Assembly: GCF_902713615.1 (NCBI RefSeq)
Contig: NW_024055785.1
Coordinates: forward strand, 186,001 to 250,000
Source: Scyliorhinus canicula
Lineage: Eukaryota
Length of the DNA stretch: 64,000 bases
Direction: 5' to 3'
The position numbers and the translations under genes were made by a program. This document shows, in pieces, positions 47,292 through 57,870 of the stretch. Each line of letters starts with the position of its first letter. Positions within the stretch are counted from its first letter, which is position 1. Below the pieces are notes generated by a model. It ran no database searches. It had not been told where the DNA came from and saw only the letters and a list, made by a program, of their open reading frames with translations.

Positions 47292-47364
47292 GTTTCTGTG
47301 GTGTAGTGGTTGTCACATTCGCTTTACACGCGAATGGTCCCCGGTTCGAAACCGGGCAGAAACA
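47292..47364 (+). tRNA. tRNA-Val-TAC: tRNA-Val(TAC), intact cloverleaf
   Basis: GTTTCTGTGGTGTAGTGGTTGTCACATTCGCTTTACACGCGAATGGTCCCCGGTTCGAAACCGGGCAGAAACA; acceptor, anticodon and T stems fully paired. Confidence 0.88.
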
Positions 47365-47457
47365 TCTGGTGTCTCCAGTTTAGTCTATCGCTAAATATTA
47401 CCTCAATCTCGTAACTGATCTGCATCATCGAGGAATAGCAAAAGCCTTTAACCGCTG

Positions 47458-47517
47458 TGACCAGTGGCGCAATGGATGCAAATCAGGAGATTCCAGGTTC
47501 GACTCTTGGCTCCCTCG
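47458..47517 (+). pseudogene. tRNA-Arg-derived pseudogene with a ~13-nt deletion
   Basis: ...GCAATGGAT/GCAAATCAGGAGATTCCAGGTTCGACTC... Confidence 0.7.
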
Positions 47518-47846
47518 CAGCTCCTAGTTTTGGCCTCCCCTTTAGTTCAGTGGGTTGGACAGCTGGTTCCTGATGCAGAGCAAAGTGAGCAGGGCATCAT
47601 TAATTCTCGTTTCAGCTGTGGTTACTTATGAAAGCCCTGCCCTCTCAATTTAACTTCAAGCAAAACATAACTTATCTCCAGTTCAGCAAAGTTCAATATC
47701 TGATCCTTTAATAAGTTGAGACATCAGTTTTAAAGAAACAGCTCCTTCCAATAAGTTACATGGCCTCTCAGCGGAACCGTTAGAAGCTGCAACAGTACAT
47801 TGAGGTTCAACATTGCACAGGGCCACTGATTGTGATGTTCCTAGCA

Positions 47847-47919
47847 GTTTCTGTAGTGAAGTGGTTATCACATTCGCCTAACACGCGAAAAGTCCCCAGT
47901 TCGAAACCGTGCAGAAACA
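47847..47919 (+). pseudogene. tRNA-Val(AAC) degenerate copy
   Basis: T stem CCCAG/CCGTG and a D-stem mismatch. Confidence 0.7.
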
Positions 47920-49609
47920 TTTTGTGTGACGAATGTTTGCACAAAATACCTTTCTTCCTCAATCTCGCACGTTCGAGGAACATGAGATTTGGTCTCTCAT
48001 GAGATATTAAAATTCCTGCAACAAAGTCAGAAATACGGAATATTCAAGACGCCAGGGGAAGAAAAGCCTTCCCTATTTTGCCACGATTCGGATATTAGCA
48101 GTTTGTTCATCCACCACAGAATTTTTTGGGTTTACAGATGCAGATGAACATATTTAATCACCATTTCAAACATGTCTAAATGTACGATAAAAGCAACTTA
48201 CTGCTTATGCGTCAATGGGAAAGAAAAACAGAAAACACAGGACAGTCTCAGCAGGTCTGACAGGCTCTGTGGAGAGAGATAGCAAGTGCCGTTTCGAGTC
48301 TGGGTGACTCTTTGTCGAAGCTGGACAACTGGATCTTTGGTCAGGTGTAGACTGGCGGAGTGTGTGGGGGATGTGGGGGGTGTGTGGGGGATGTGGGGGG
48401 TGGGTGGGGGGAGAGGGGAGCGTGAAGCATTGGGCCTCGACAGACGGCCAGCGATGGGTGGAGAATAACAAAAAAGTGTTGGGTCGAAAGAAAAAGGGAA
48501 TGTAAATGTTTCTAATCAGTGTTAAGAACTGTGCTGACAGAGGCGATTAGAAGATTAGAATGTGTTAATGGCAGATGACAACGAGGAACAAGGGGCGGAT
48601 TTCCCAAGAGGGATGCGATTGGCTAGGGGAATGGGGAGGGGGAGACAATGGGAGAGGAAGACATATCAATGGAAGCAATGAAAATAAGTTGATGGAAATA
48701 AACATGTGGTGAAGTGGGATGAGTGATTTCACGGTGCGAAGTTGTTGAGCCTACTGTAAAATCCGCAAGGCTGTACCGTGCCTATTCGGGGGATGGGGTG
48801 CTGTTCCTCGGCGTTGTGCTGAGCTACATGGGAACATTGCTGCAGGCCAAGATCGGACATGTGGACATGAGAGCAGGAGAGTGAGTTCAAATACCAAGCG
48901 ACAGGAGAGTCTGCCACCAGCTTGTCGATGGAGCGAAGGTGTTTTGCAAAGTGGTCACCCGGTCGGCATTTAGTCTCTCCAATGCAGAGTAGATGGCATT
49001 GGGATCAGCAAATGCAACAGGCCAGATTGAAGGATGTCTGAAAGTAATGTGTACTCAAAAGGACAGACACAAACGATACTGTAACTGACTTAGAGGAAAT
49101 GCCAGAGACTTAACTGAACCAGCTTTGGGAAAGAAAAATCGGTTTTCCTGATGGAGAAACAGGAAAAGCCAGTGTGGGAATCCAGGCTTAATGTTGATTT
49201 AGAATTACCCCTCCTTTCTTATACATGAACGGTATTTAGGCTGCAACATTTTACACACCAAAACGCAAAGAGGTCAAATATAAGAAACACATAATTGTCA
49301 GTTCTAAAACTCAACTCAAGCATTGAATAACGAAACAAATATTGTGTAAGGTCGGTTGCTTTTTTCTGTAGGATTTCAGAATGCTGCATTAATAATAGAA
49401 GAGAGCATTTCGCCGTTAGAGATTTGCTGAACAAATTCTTCAGTTCAATATAGCTTCTTCTATTGGCTTGTAAGTTTAGACATCTGTTTTAAAGAAATAG
49501 ACGTGTTCTTGTGCGAAGTGACATGGCCTCTCAGCCGAACCATGCGAAGCTGGAACAAGGCAGTTGAGTTGAAGGAAACACAGGTCCGTTGGAGTCTGCG
49601 CTGCCAGCT

Positions 49610-49790
49610 GTTTCTGTAGTGTAGTGGTTATCACATTCGCAATGTGGAGTTTGCACATTCTCCCCGTGTTTGCGTGGGTTTCACCCCCACAATCCAAAGA
49701 TGTGCAGGCTAGGTGGATTGGCCACGCTAAATTGCCCCTCAATTGAAAAAAAAATAATTGGGTACACTAAATTTATTATAAAAAAAACTA
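49610..49790 (+). other. tRNA-Val 5' half (49610-49640) fused to a V-SINE 3' body
   Basis: GTTTCTGTAGTGTAGTGGTTATCACATTCGC|AATGTGGAGTTTGCACATTCTCCCCG...A-rich tail. Confidence 0.75.
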
Positions 49791-49882
49791 AGTTCCTAAC
49801 AGGCATTAAATCAAATGTTGGTTCTTTATCGGGGTTCAGGTCTCAGATCGGATTCAGTGTGAGGAGGTGGGAGTGCCTTGCC

Positions 49883-49921
49883 GGTTTTTGTACGAGCTGA
49901 CTGTGTCTGTGTAACAGTGTG
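49883..49921 (-). other. 23-RSS
   Basis: CACACTG + 23 nt + consensus nonamer ACAAAAACC. Confidence 0.9.
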
Positions 49922-50359
49922 GGGCTCAGAGCACAAAGATACACGGCAGAGTCAGAGACACCGACCCTGGTGATATTTAAAGGAACTGTTTTCCTATTCT
50001 TGTCCAAATCAGCAGAAAACCGGCCTGGGAAATCGGAAGACCTTTCTCCAGTCCCCGTGCTATATTTCTTCAGTAGATATCTCGGAGCTTCGCCGGAATA
50101 CTGGATGTACCAGAAGAGAGTCTTGCCAGTGACATCTGCTTTGTAACTGCAGTTCAATGTTGCCGTCTGTCCTTCCTGAACCGGTAATTCAGGTGGGTCC
50201 TGGGAAACTGAATCTTGGCCATTGGTTCCTGTAACAACATATACAATATGTCAGAAATCTGGGAGTAAATAAAACCCATGAAACATAGACTGAGGATTTG
50301 AGCTCAGACTCACCGGACAGCAAGACCATTATTATCAGTAAAGCACACAGGGAGCACAT
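49922..50359 (-). CDS. T-cell receptor V gene segment (alpha/delta-like), intact; leader 50314-50359, V exon 49922-50228
   Basis: MCSLCALLIIMVLLS-G|GT..AG-TNGQDSVSQDPPELPVQEGQTATLNCSY...LFWYIQYSGEAPRYLL...SDSAVYLCALS; 85-nt phase-1 intron; 23-RSS. Confidence 0.92.
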
Positions 50360-50482
50360 GGTTCTTGACGGGACAGTAAACAGCGGCACTGTTTCAAATA
50401 TGTTGCTGCGTCGAGCCTAATATCAATTCCTATGAAACTGAGAGGCGTCTCTCAGTGCTGCGATTGGCCGGTCTCTCAGCTC

Positions 50483-50490
50483 TGACGTCA
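50483..50490. promoter_or_regulatory. Perfect CRE (TGACGTCA) flanked by CCAAT boxes in the V promoter
   Basis: About 125 bp upstream of the leader ATG; CCAAT/ATTGG at ~50463, ~50499 and ~50540. Confidence 0.55.
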
Positions 50491-51205
50491 GCTGTGGACC
50501 AATCACTGTCAGCTGGGGAATGATTGCGGCTGGTTCTCTCCAATCACATTCCAGCCCTGACTGTGTGTTTTGGTCTTTCTTCCTCACTTTCTCTACGTCA
50601 CATTGTCAGCCATTCTGCTTCTTTCTCCGTTTAAATCGTTTTGCTTCGATCTCAGTGTTTACAACCTTCCTGACGTAGATATTTTACTCTAATTATGGTG
50701 AAAGGTTAAATAAATATCTTATAATCAGTCAAGTGCCATCCAGTGCATGGAATATAATGCATAATTATTGATTTAAAGGTTCCCGGGATAAACAGTCACC
50801 CAATTCCACACCAAGATGCATTTCCACTGGGGTCTCTTGCACCGGTAAAGTACTGATTTCAGTTAGTATTTATTTCTGCCCTAGGGAATTTAGAATGTGA
50901 CATCTCTGAAATTAGATCACTTTTAAGAGGTGCCGCCTGATCTGTTGTCATCTGATCTAGAACGTTTAAAGTTACAGATATATTCAGTTGTTCACCCGGG
51001 AGACTTGCAGGTTTGTGCGAATGAGGTCGGAAAATTATGGAATCTGATCCTGGAGTTAGAAACATGATACATTTTCCAACAGCGACAATCATTGAACTCA
51101 GGGGGGGAGGGGGGGGGGGGTAGAGAACCATTCAAATGGTGTTCATTATCTGAACATTGTCTATGGGAATTTCTGATACCGAGCCCTTGATTGTCGACCT
51201 GCTCC

Positions 51206-51244
51206 ACTTTTTGTATGAGCCCCGCCGGCCCCTCATCCACTGTG
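51206..51244 (-). other. 23-RSS
   Basis: CACAGTG + 23 nt + ACAAAAAGT. Confidence 0.9.
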
Positions 51245-51727
51245 GGTCTCAGCGCGCAGTAATACACGGCGCTGTCTGTCATCATCAAATCTGTCACAGA
51301 CAAGTGAAAAGTGCTTTGTGTCGGGTTGAGATTCCCGCTGAAGTGTTCAAAGCCGGGAGCCGTCTCGTTAAACCCATATCTGTCGGTTCTGAGCAGATAC
51401 TGGGGAGCTCGGTGTGGATACTGGCGATACCAGAAGAGGTAATAGCTTGTAGCTGAACTCGATACCGAGTAACTGCAGGGTATGGCTGAATCTTCACCCA
51501 CTTCTGCATCGACTCGTTGTTCTTCCTGAGACACTGAGTCTCCCATACTCATCCCTGAAAATAAACAACAGACACAAAGCGGGTTAGAAGGAGGAACGTC
51601 AGGAGGAGGAGTACCAGGACATGGAAAGAAGAATACATTTGGGAATTGGGGGATTTCGAACAGCGGTTCAATATAACAAACCTGTGGTCAGGACAATAAC
51701 CAGAGACAGGCAGCGTGACAGCCCCAT
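51245..51727 (-). CDS. T-cell receptor V gene segment (alpha/delta-like), intact; leader 51682-51727, V exon 51245-51554
   Basis: MGLSRCLSLVIVLTT-G|GT..AG-MSMGDSVSQEEQRVDAEVGEDSAIPCSY...YLFWYRQYPHRAPQYLL...TDSAVYYCALR; 127-nt intron; 23-RSS. Confidence 0.92.
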
Positions 51728-51915
51728 GGTTCGTGTCTGAACTCCAGAAACAGAGACAGTTTTCACTGACTGTATCAGAGCTGCAATTGGAGAAGATGAA
51801 AAAGTTCTGGAGATGTTATGAGTTCGAATCCGATTTCTTCGCTCCGCCCACTTTCACGTCTTAAAACAGTCGCTTCCTCTGGAACTGGTCGGTGATGTTT
51901 GATAAGTGATCAGAG

Positions 51916-51930
51916 AGCGCCCTCCAGTGG
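51916..51930 (-). promoter_or_regulatory. CTCF-like motif upstream of the V leader
   Basis: CCACTGGAGGGCGCT, 13/14 to the core consensus. Confidence 0.5.
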
Positions 51931-52589
51931 ACAGAACAACCGCCCATTGGAAACACACAAGGCCACGTGCAAAGACATGGACGTAAAACATCCATACAGA
52001 CATGCACAGACACTGAAATAAATTCCAACAAGTGTTGACATGATTTTCGATTACAGATGAGTCTGATTTGTCAACGATGAAAGTAAGTGAATAGGTCCAC
52101 CTCCCGTGTTCAGCAGGAGCCTCGTTTACAGCACAAAATCAACAGAAACGTAGACATGCTGATAAATAAACACAGTTATAGATCCCCAAACTGATCTCTC
52201 AAACAGACGCACAGACAACCACTAAAGTAGATAAGGAACCAGATTAACACAGCCATAGAAACACAAAAGAGAAATGCCATCAGAGACACTATCAGAATCC
52301 TTGGACGTTTCAGAGTGAGCTTTCTAAAATGGAATTCCCTAAGGTTGTCAGTGTGGTAATGTGTTAGATAGTAATCCAGGGATGTATTTTTCCAGTTTCC
52401 AGTTTATCAGAGAGACCTGTATGTATGTGTTGATAAATTACTGATGAGGGTAGGACAATTATAAGACCGGTCATTAAAACAATTAATGGGAATTATCAAT
52501 GGGTATATAAACTACAGAGGTAAGAACATTACGTTAAACTTGTATTAAATCCTGAACCTACTGAACTGAAGCATTGTGGGTATCACACT

Positions 52590-53070
52590 TCGGGGAGAAT
52601 GTGAGTCATTAGGGTGGGTGCAGAAAATGCTCACGGGAATGGCTCCAGAGATGAGCAACTTAATCTACGAAGATAGATTGGACAAGTTGCGACTATTCCC
52701 CTTGACCATTAGGTTACGAAGTGATCTGACGGAGATATTCAAAATCATGAGGGCTCTAGACAGAGTAGATATGGAGGAACCTATCCCACTGGTGAGAGGG
52801 CCGAGTACCTGAGGTCACAGATTGAAGGAATTGGAGAAATAAGCATGGAGACATGAGGACAAACAGTTTCAACCAGTGAATGGTTAGGATGTGGACCGGA
52901 CTGTCTATTTGTGTGGTGGTGGTAGGGTTTATTGATGCTTTCAAAGCAGAATTAGATTATAATCTCAAAATGAAAAACAATGCTGGAGTACGGGGAAAAT
53001 AATGGCATTCCGCAAATTGCATCATTAGAGGGCCGACGCATATATGTCGGTCCAAACGGCCTTTTTCTCT
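52590..53070 (+). mobile_element. Old CR1 LINE 3' fragment
   Basis: Degenerate VQKMLTGMAPEMSNLIYEDRLDKLRLF...LRSDLTEIFKIMRALDRVD. Confidence 0.7.
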
Positions 53071-53679
53071 ACTTAAAACACCCTCTGACTATGTTTAATG
53101 GGAACGGCAGTGGATTAGCTAGCATGTCACTGGGCCAGTAATTGAGATGCCCAGCCTCAGTCACTGAGGCCGTGTTCAAATCCTGCTGCAGCTGACAGTG
53201 TGCTTGAAAAATGCAAATAGAATGGCCCTGTAACTTACCAGGTAACATGGTGAACAAACGCTAGCCTTGCCTGTGAGGCCCACGTCTGGTGAAATATATT
53301 TTTAAAGTCAATAACTGCAATAGCAAGGTTTGGCCAGTTGATGGCAGTGACACCGTGATTGCTGACATTACATGAAGCAGAGAATTTCTCAATTGTGACT
53401 GCCAAGGACCCTGGATACTGTCTCTTATATTAGGTTAGGTCAGGTTCCTGATTTTATGACAGCAGTTCTTAGTTGTTACTGTGGTCAATCTCAGCTGTTA
53501 ACATGATAAACTAAGGCCCATTTTATATTACACTGTATTGAGGAGGTTACGATAGCATGCAATCGGTTATTATAATGTCCATTTTTGAATTGTTACTTCA
53601 GTAGACTTAACTGATACTAACCAGGACTAGCTCCTGTTTGTATTGCCTGAGGCATTGGTACAGTTATTGCTTTACCTGA

Positions 53680-54650
53680 AGCTGCCACGTTCCTCAGGGT
53701 AGTGGTCTGGGCCCAACCATATCCAGCTGCTTCATGAATGGCCTATTGTCCATCACAAGGACAAAAGTGAGGATGTTCCCTGGTGACTGCGCAATGTTCA
53801 ACACCGTTTGTCACAGATCTTGTTGCATTCTGACATGGATTGCATCTAATGAGTCACTCATTAGATGCAATCCATGTCAGAATGCAACAAGATCTGTACT
53901 ATATTCAGGCTTGGGCTAACAAGTGGCGTGCAGGCAGTGGCCCGATCTCACAAAAGAAGATAGAGCCATCTCCCCTTGACATTCAATGGCATTACAACGG
54001 AATCCGAGTATTAACATCCAGGGGCAGCCGTTGATCGGAAACTGAACTGGTGAACTCGCTGAATTAGCCATATAAATACTGTTGCGAACTGAACAGGTGA
54101 AAAGCGAGGAATCCTGCCGCAAACAACTCACTTCCTTACTCCCCAAAGCCTGTCCACCATCTACAGGGCATAAGTCAGGAGTGTAATGGAATACTCTCCA
54201 CTTGTCTGGATGAGTGCAGCTCCAACAACACTCGAGAAGCTAGACACCATCCAGGGGAGAGCAGTCCGCTTGATTGCTAACCCTTCCAAAAACATTAAAT
54301 CCCTACGTACCGACGAATAGTAACATCTTTCTGTTCCACCTAAAAGATGCATTAGAACAACTCAACAAGGTTCCTTAGGCACCACCTTCCAAACACACGA
54401 ACAGTACCTTCTGGAAGGACAAAAGCAGCAGACACCTGGGATCACCTTTTCCTAGAGGCTCCCCTTCAAACCACTCACCATCCTGACTTGGAAATATATC
54501 GTCGTTCCTTCACTTTCGCAGGGTCACAATGCTGGATTTCTCTCCCGAACAGCTCTGTGGTACCTATACCTTAGGAACTGCCGCGATTTAAGAAGGCAAC
54601 TCACATTCTGAAGGGCAACTAGAGTTCGGAAAGCAATGTTGACCTAACCA
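53680..54650 (+). mobile_element. Degenerate non-LTR retrotransposon RT C-terminal region; a related copy at ~61140-61720 (-)
   Basis: LSTIYRA*VRSVMEYSPLVWMSAAPTTLEKLDTIQ motif. Confidence 0.65.
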
Positions 54651-56049
54651 GCCACGTCCCCTCCCATCAATGAATTAAAAAATACAGTGCAGTAATAACA
54701 GAGACAGGGCCTGGCCCAATATAGACAGAGATATATGCTAAAGTAGTGATCACACGAATTTGTCAAGAGAGCAATAAAAATTGATACATGGATTACGTAG
54801 GCATATGAAAGACAGCACCTGATCTAAATTGGAATAAGTCTGTCTTTGTGTTGTTATAATCGTAAAAATACTTCGTACAATGATGATTGGAATAGGTCAA
54901 AATAACAATACAGGAAACAGGCTCTTAGAATCGACAGGGACACCGTTTCCAGAAATAATAATAATAATTGTTACTATTATGATAAGTAGGCTGACATTAA
55001 CACGGCAATGAAGTTATTGTTAAAATCCCCTGGTCGTCACAGTACGGCGCCTGTTCGGGTACACTGAGGGAGAATTCGGGATGTCCAATTCATCTAACAA
55101 GCATGTTAATAATAATTGCACTAATAACAGAGAATCAGAGCATTAAAACCTGAATGGCAGTTAGACTATTAGTTTAACCATCACGTAGATAGCGTCTTTG
55201 TGTCCACCCTTATTGCATACTGACTTTAAATGCACACAGTACAGTGATTGGTGCATTTTTCAAAATTGCAACCTGCAATCGACCGAGTCGGATGATGAAG
55301 TACAGCCAATCAAAGTTGGGTATGAAGTAACCATGTTTGTGTGACAGAGAGAGACAGCGCCTATTGATATCAGAGCAAATGGTTCGGCGCCTCATGATAT
55401 ATCAGATTTCCCCCCAAATTCTTAATTACGGAGTCAAGCGCCGTTCCAATATGAACTGGATGAAGTTAGTGTGATGGTAATAATAAACGAAAATGCTGGA
55501 ATTGTTCTGCATGTCATGCAGATTCTGAGATGAGCAGAGTTCACGTTTCATGCCAATAACGGAATATCAGCCCCAAGTTCATCGGCCTGAAACGAACTGT
55601 ATTTCTCTCTGAAAATGTGACCGCCAGCGTAACACATCTGGCAGCACTTCTGTTGCTGAGCTGTTTGACCTGCGTTCAAATTCCACTCCAGGATCTGTTG
55701 ACCATGGAAGGAGTGTTCGTGCAACTGAAACAGGTTATTGATCAGCCTCCAAAATATCCTTCCACCTCCCCGCATCTTCCTCCGTGGGTGGAAATAATGT
55801 GAATGTACGAAAAACAAATTGATTTTCTATCCACTTTCTGGCCTGCTGAGACTTTCCAGCAGTTTATGTGTTTATTTTAGATTTATGGTACCTGTAGTGT
55901 GTTATATTTGTATTAGGTCTTGTCGGCTTTAACATGTTAGTGACACTCTCACCCGTGATTCTCAATTCTCATGGTGTTAGTTTAGATTAAATTTCTTGTT
56001 TTTTGTCTTCATTATTTTCATATACACAGCTGGATTGAGGGAACTATTC

Positions 56050-56500
56050 GACCATAAGAATTAAGAACAGAAGTCGGCCATTCAGCCCTTCAAGCCCGCT
56101 TCACCATTGACTATGTTCAGATTCATGGCTCCTCGAACACTCACGAAATCCACATTCAAGCGTAAAGTCCGTAAACTTTTATTAACTTCCTGAATAAAAA
56201 CCTTTCGATCCCAGCATTGAAAATGGTCAAGGACTCGGTCTCCACAGCTTCCTGGGGTGACGAATTCACAAGATTCTCTTTCAGAGAACAAAACCTTCCA
56301 CAAATCCGGCTTATTCTCAGTCTCTGCCCTCTGGGCAGACACTATCCCATGAGTGAAAACATCCTCCCGACATGCACCCTATCTCACCCCCCTCAGAATC
56401 TAAAGGGTGAACGACAGAGCAACTCTGAACAATCTCTCCATCCAGCGAAAGACGGGTTCGTGGGACATCATACTTTTATGAATTTAAATCCCCCACTTTC
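56050..56500 (-). mobile_element. CR1 3' end fragment
   Basis: Reverse complement of a CR1 tail (aagaattaagaacagaagtcggccattcagccc). Confidence 0.6.
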
Positions 56501-56855
56501 TTCTTTCCAATTAAAGGTCCTGTAGCGTGGCCAATCCAACACTGTGCAGATCATTGGATTGGAGGGGGGGGGGGGGGGGAGGAGGGGGGCTAAGTCAGAC
56601 ACGGTGAGAATGTGCAAACTCCACACAGGCAGTGACCCGGGGCCGGGATCTTACCCGGATCCTCAACACCATGAGAAAATAGTGCTAACCACTGCAACGC
56701 CGTGCCGCTCTCCTGGGACATCAATGATGTTTGTCATTCCTTCCAACTTCGAAAATAACAAACATCTTCGCTCTCCTTGGATTTGTGGAGTGATTTACAA
56801 CGGCCTGAGCAGGGTCAGACTGGCTTCGAATACATAAATGCATAGATACATATAA

Positions 56856-57300
56856 TCTGGTATAATGATAATCATAGAGACCGGCTCCAGTGTACCAATA
56901 ACAGAGACTGCCAGGCCCGGGCTCAGTCTGGGGTCTGGTATAATAATAATCACAGAGACCGGCCCCAGTGTATCAATAACAGAGACTGCCGGACCCGGGG
57001 TCAGACTGGGGTCAGGTATAATAATAATCACAGAGACAGGCTCCAGTATATCAATAACAGAGGCTGCCGGGCCCGGGTCAGACTGGGGTCTGGTATAATA
57101 ATAATCACAGAGACCGGCTCCAGTGTATCAGTAACAGAGACTGCCGGGCCCGGGGTCAGACTGGGGTCTGGTATAATAATAATCACAGAGACCGGCTCCA
57201 GTGTATCAATAACAGAGACTGCCGGGCCCGGGTTCAGACTGCGGTCTGGTATAATAATAATCACAGAGACCGGCTCCAGTGTATCAATAACAGAGACTGG
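56856..57300. repeat. 78-bp tandem repeat, about 5.7 copies
   Basis: Unit ggtataataataatcacagagaccggctccagtgtatcaataacagagactgccgggcccggggtcagactggggtct; 26-aa periodicity in the ORF track. Confidence 0.9.
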
Positions 57301-57679
57301 GGATAATCTTCGATGCTGAAGCAGGGGACCTCATGAACGGCTGATTTTAATAGGAAGTGAAACTGTCAGAAAGCAATGATACTGAGGGCCTTAGCCTGTG
57401 CTTCGGTGTCATGGTGAGTGACAGGGATGTGTGTGATAAAAGCGAATTGGAAACGCTGATGAGTGAGGTGCGTGTGATTGGCCCCACCTGGGATATTTCT
57501 ACCCAATGGGAGGACAATTATGGCAGACCCTATAATGGCGCCTCTGTCAGGGGAAACGAAAACATCTGTTTTTTCTCATTCTTACCAACAGTTCTCCATT
57601 TACACAGATGTGCAAGAGTCAGTTCCGGCAGTTTCTGGTCACTATTTCATTTTATAAATTTAGAGCACGCAGTTATTTT

Positions 57680-57870
57680 TTTCCAATTAAGGGGCAATTT
57701 AGCGTGGCCAATACGCCTATCCAACACATATTTTGGTTGTGGGGGTGAATCACACACAGACACGGGGAGAATGTGCAAACTACACACGGGCAGTGACCCA
57801 GGGTCGGGATCGAACTCGGGTCCTCAGCGCCGTGGGCAGCAGTGCTAACCACTGCACCACCGTGCCGCCC
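57680..57870 (-). mobile_element. V-SINE-like copy; another at ~56505-56706
   Basis: Reverse-complement head gggcggcacggtggtgcagtggttagcactgctg. Confidence 0.8.

Noticed and set aside
55617-55802. 61-aa ORF with a signal-peptide-like start
   Set aside because: It begins at GTG, has no splice or Ig context, and the region looks like degraded repeat.
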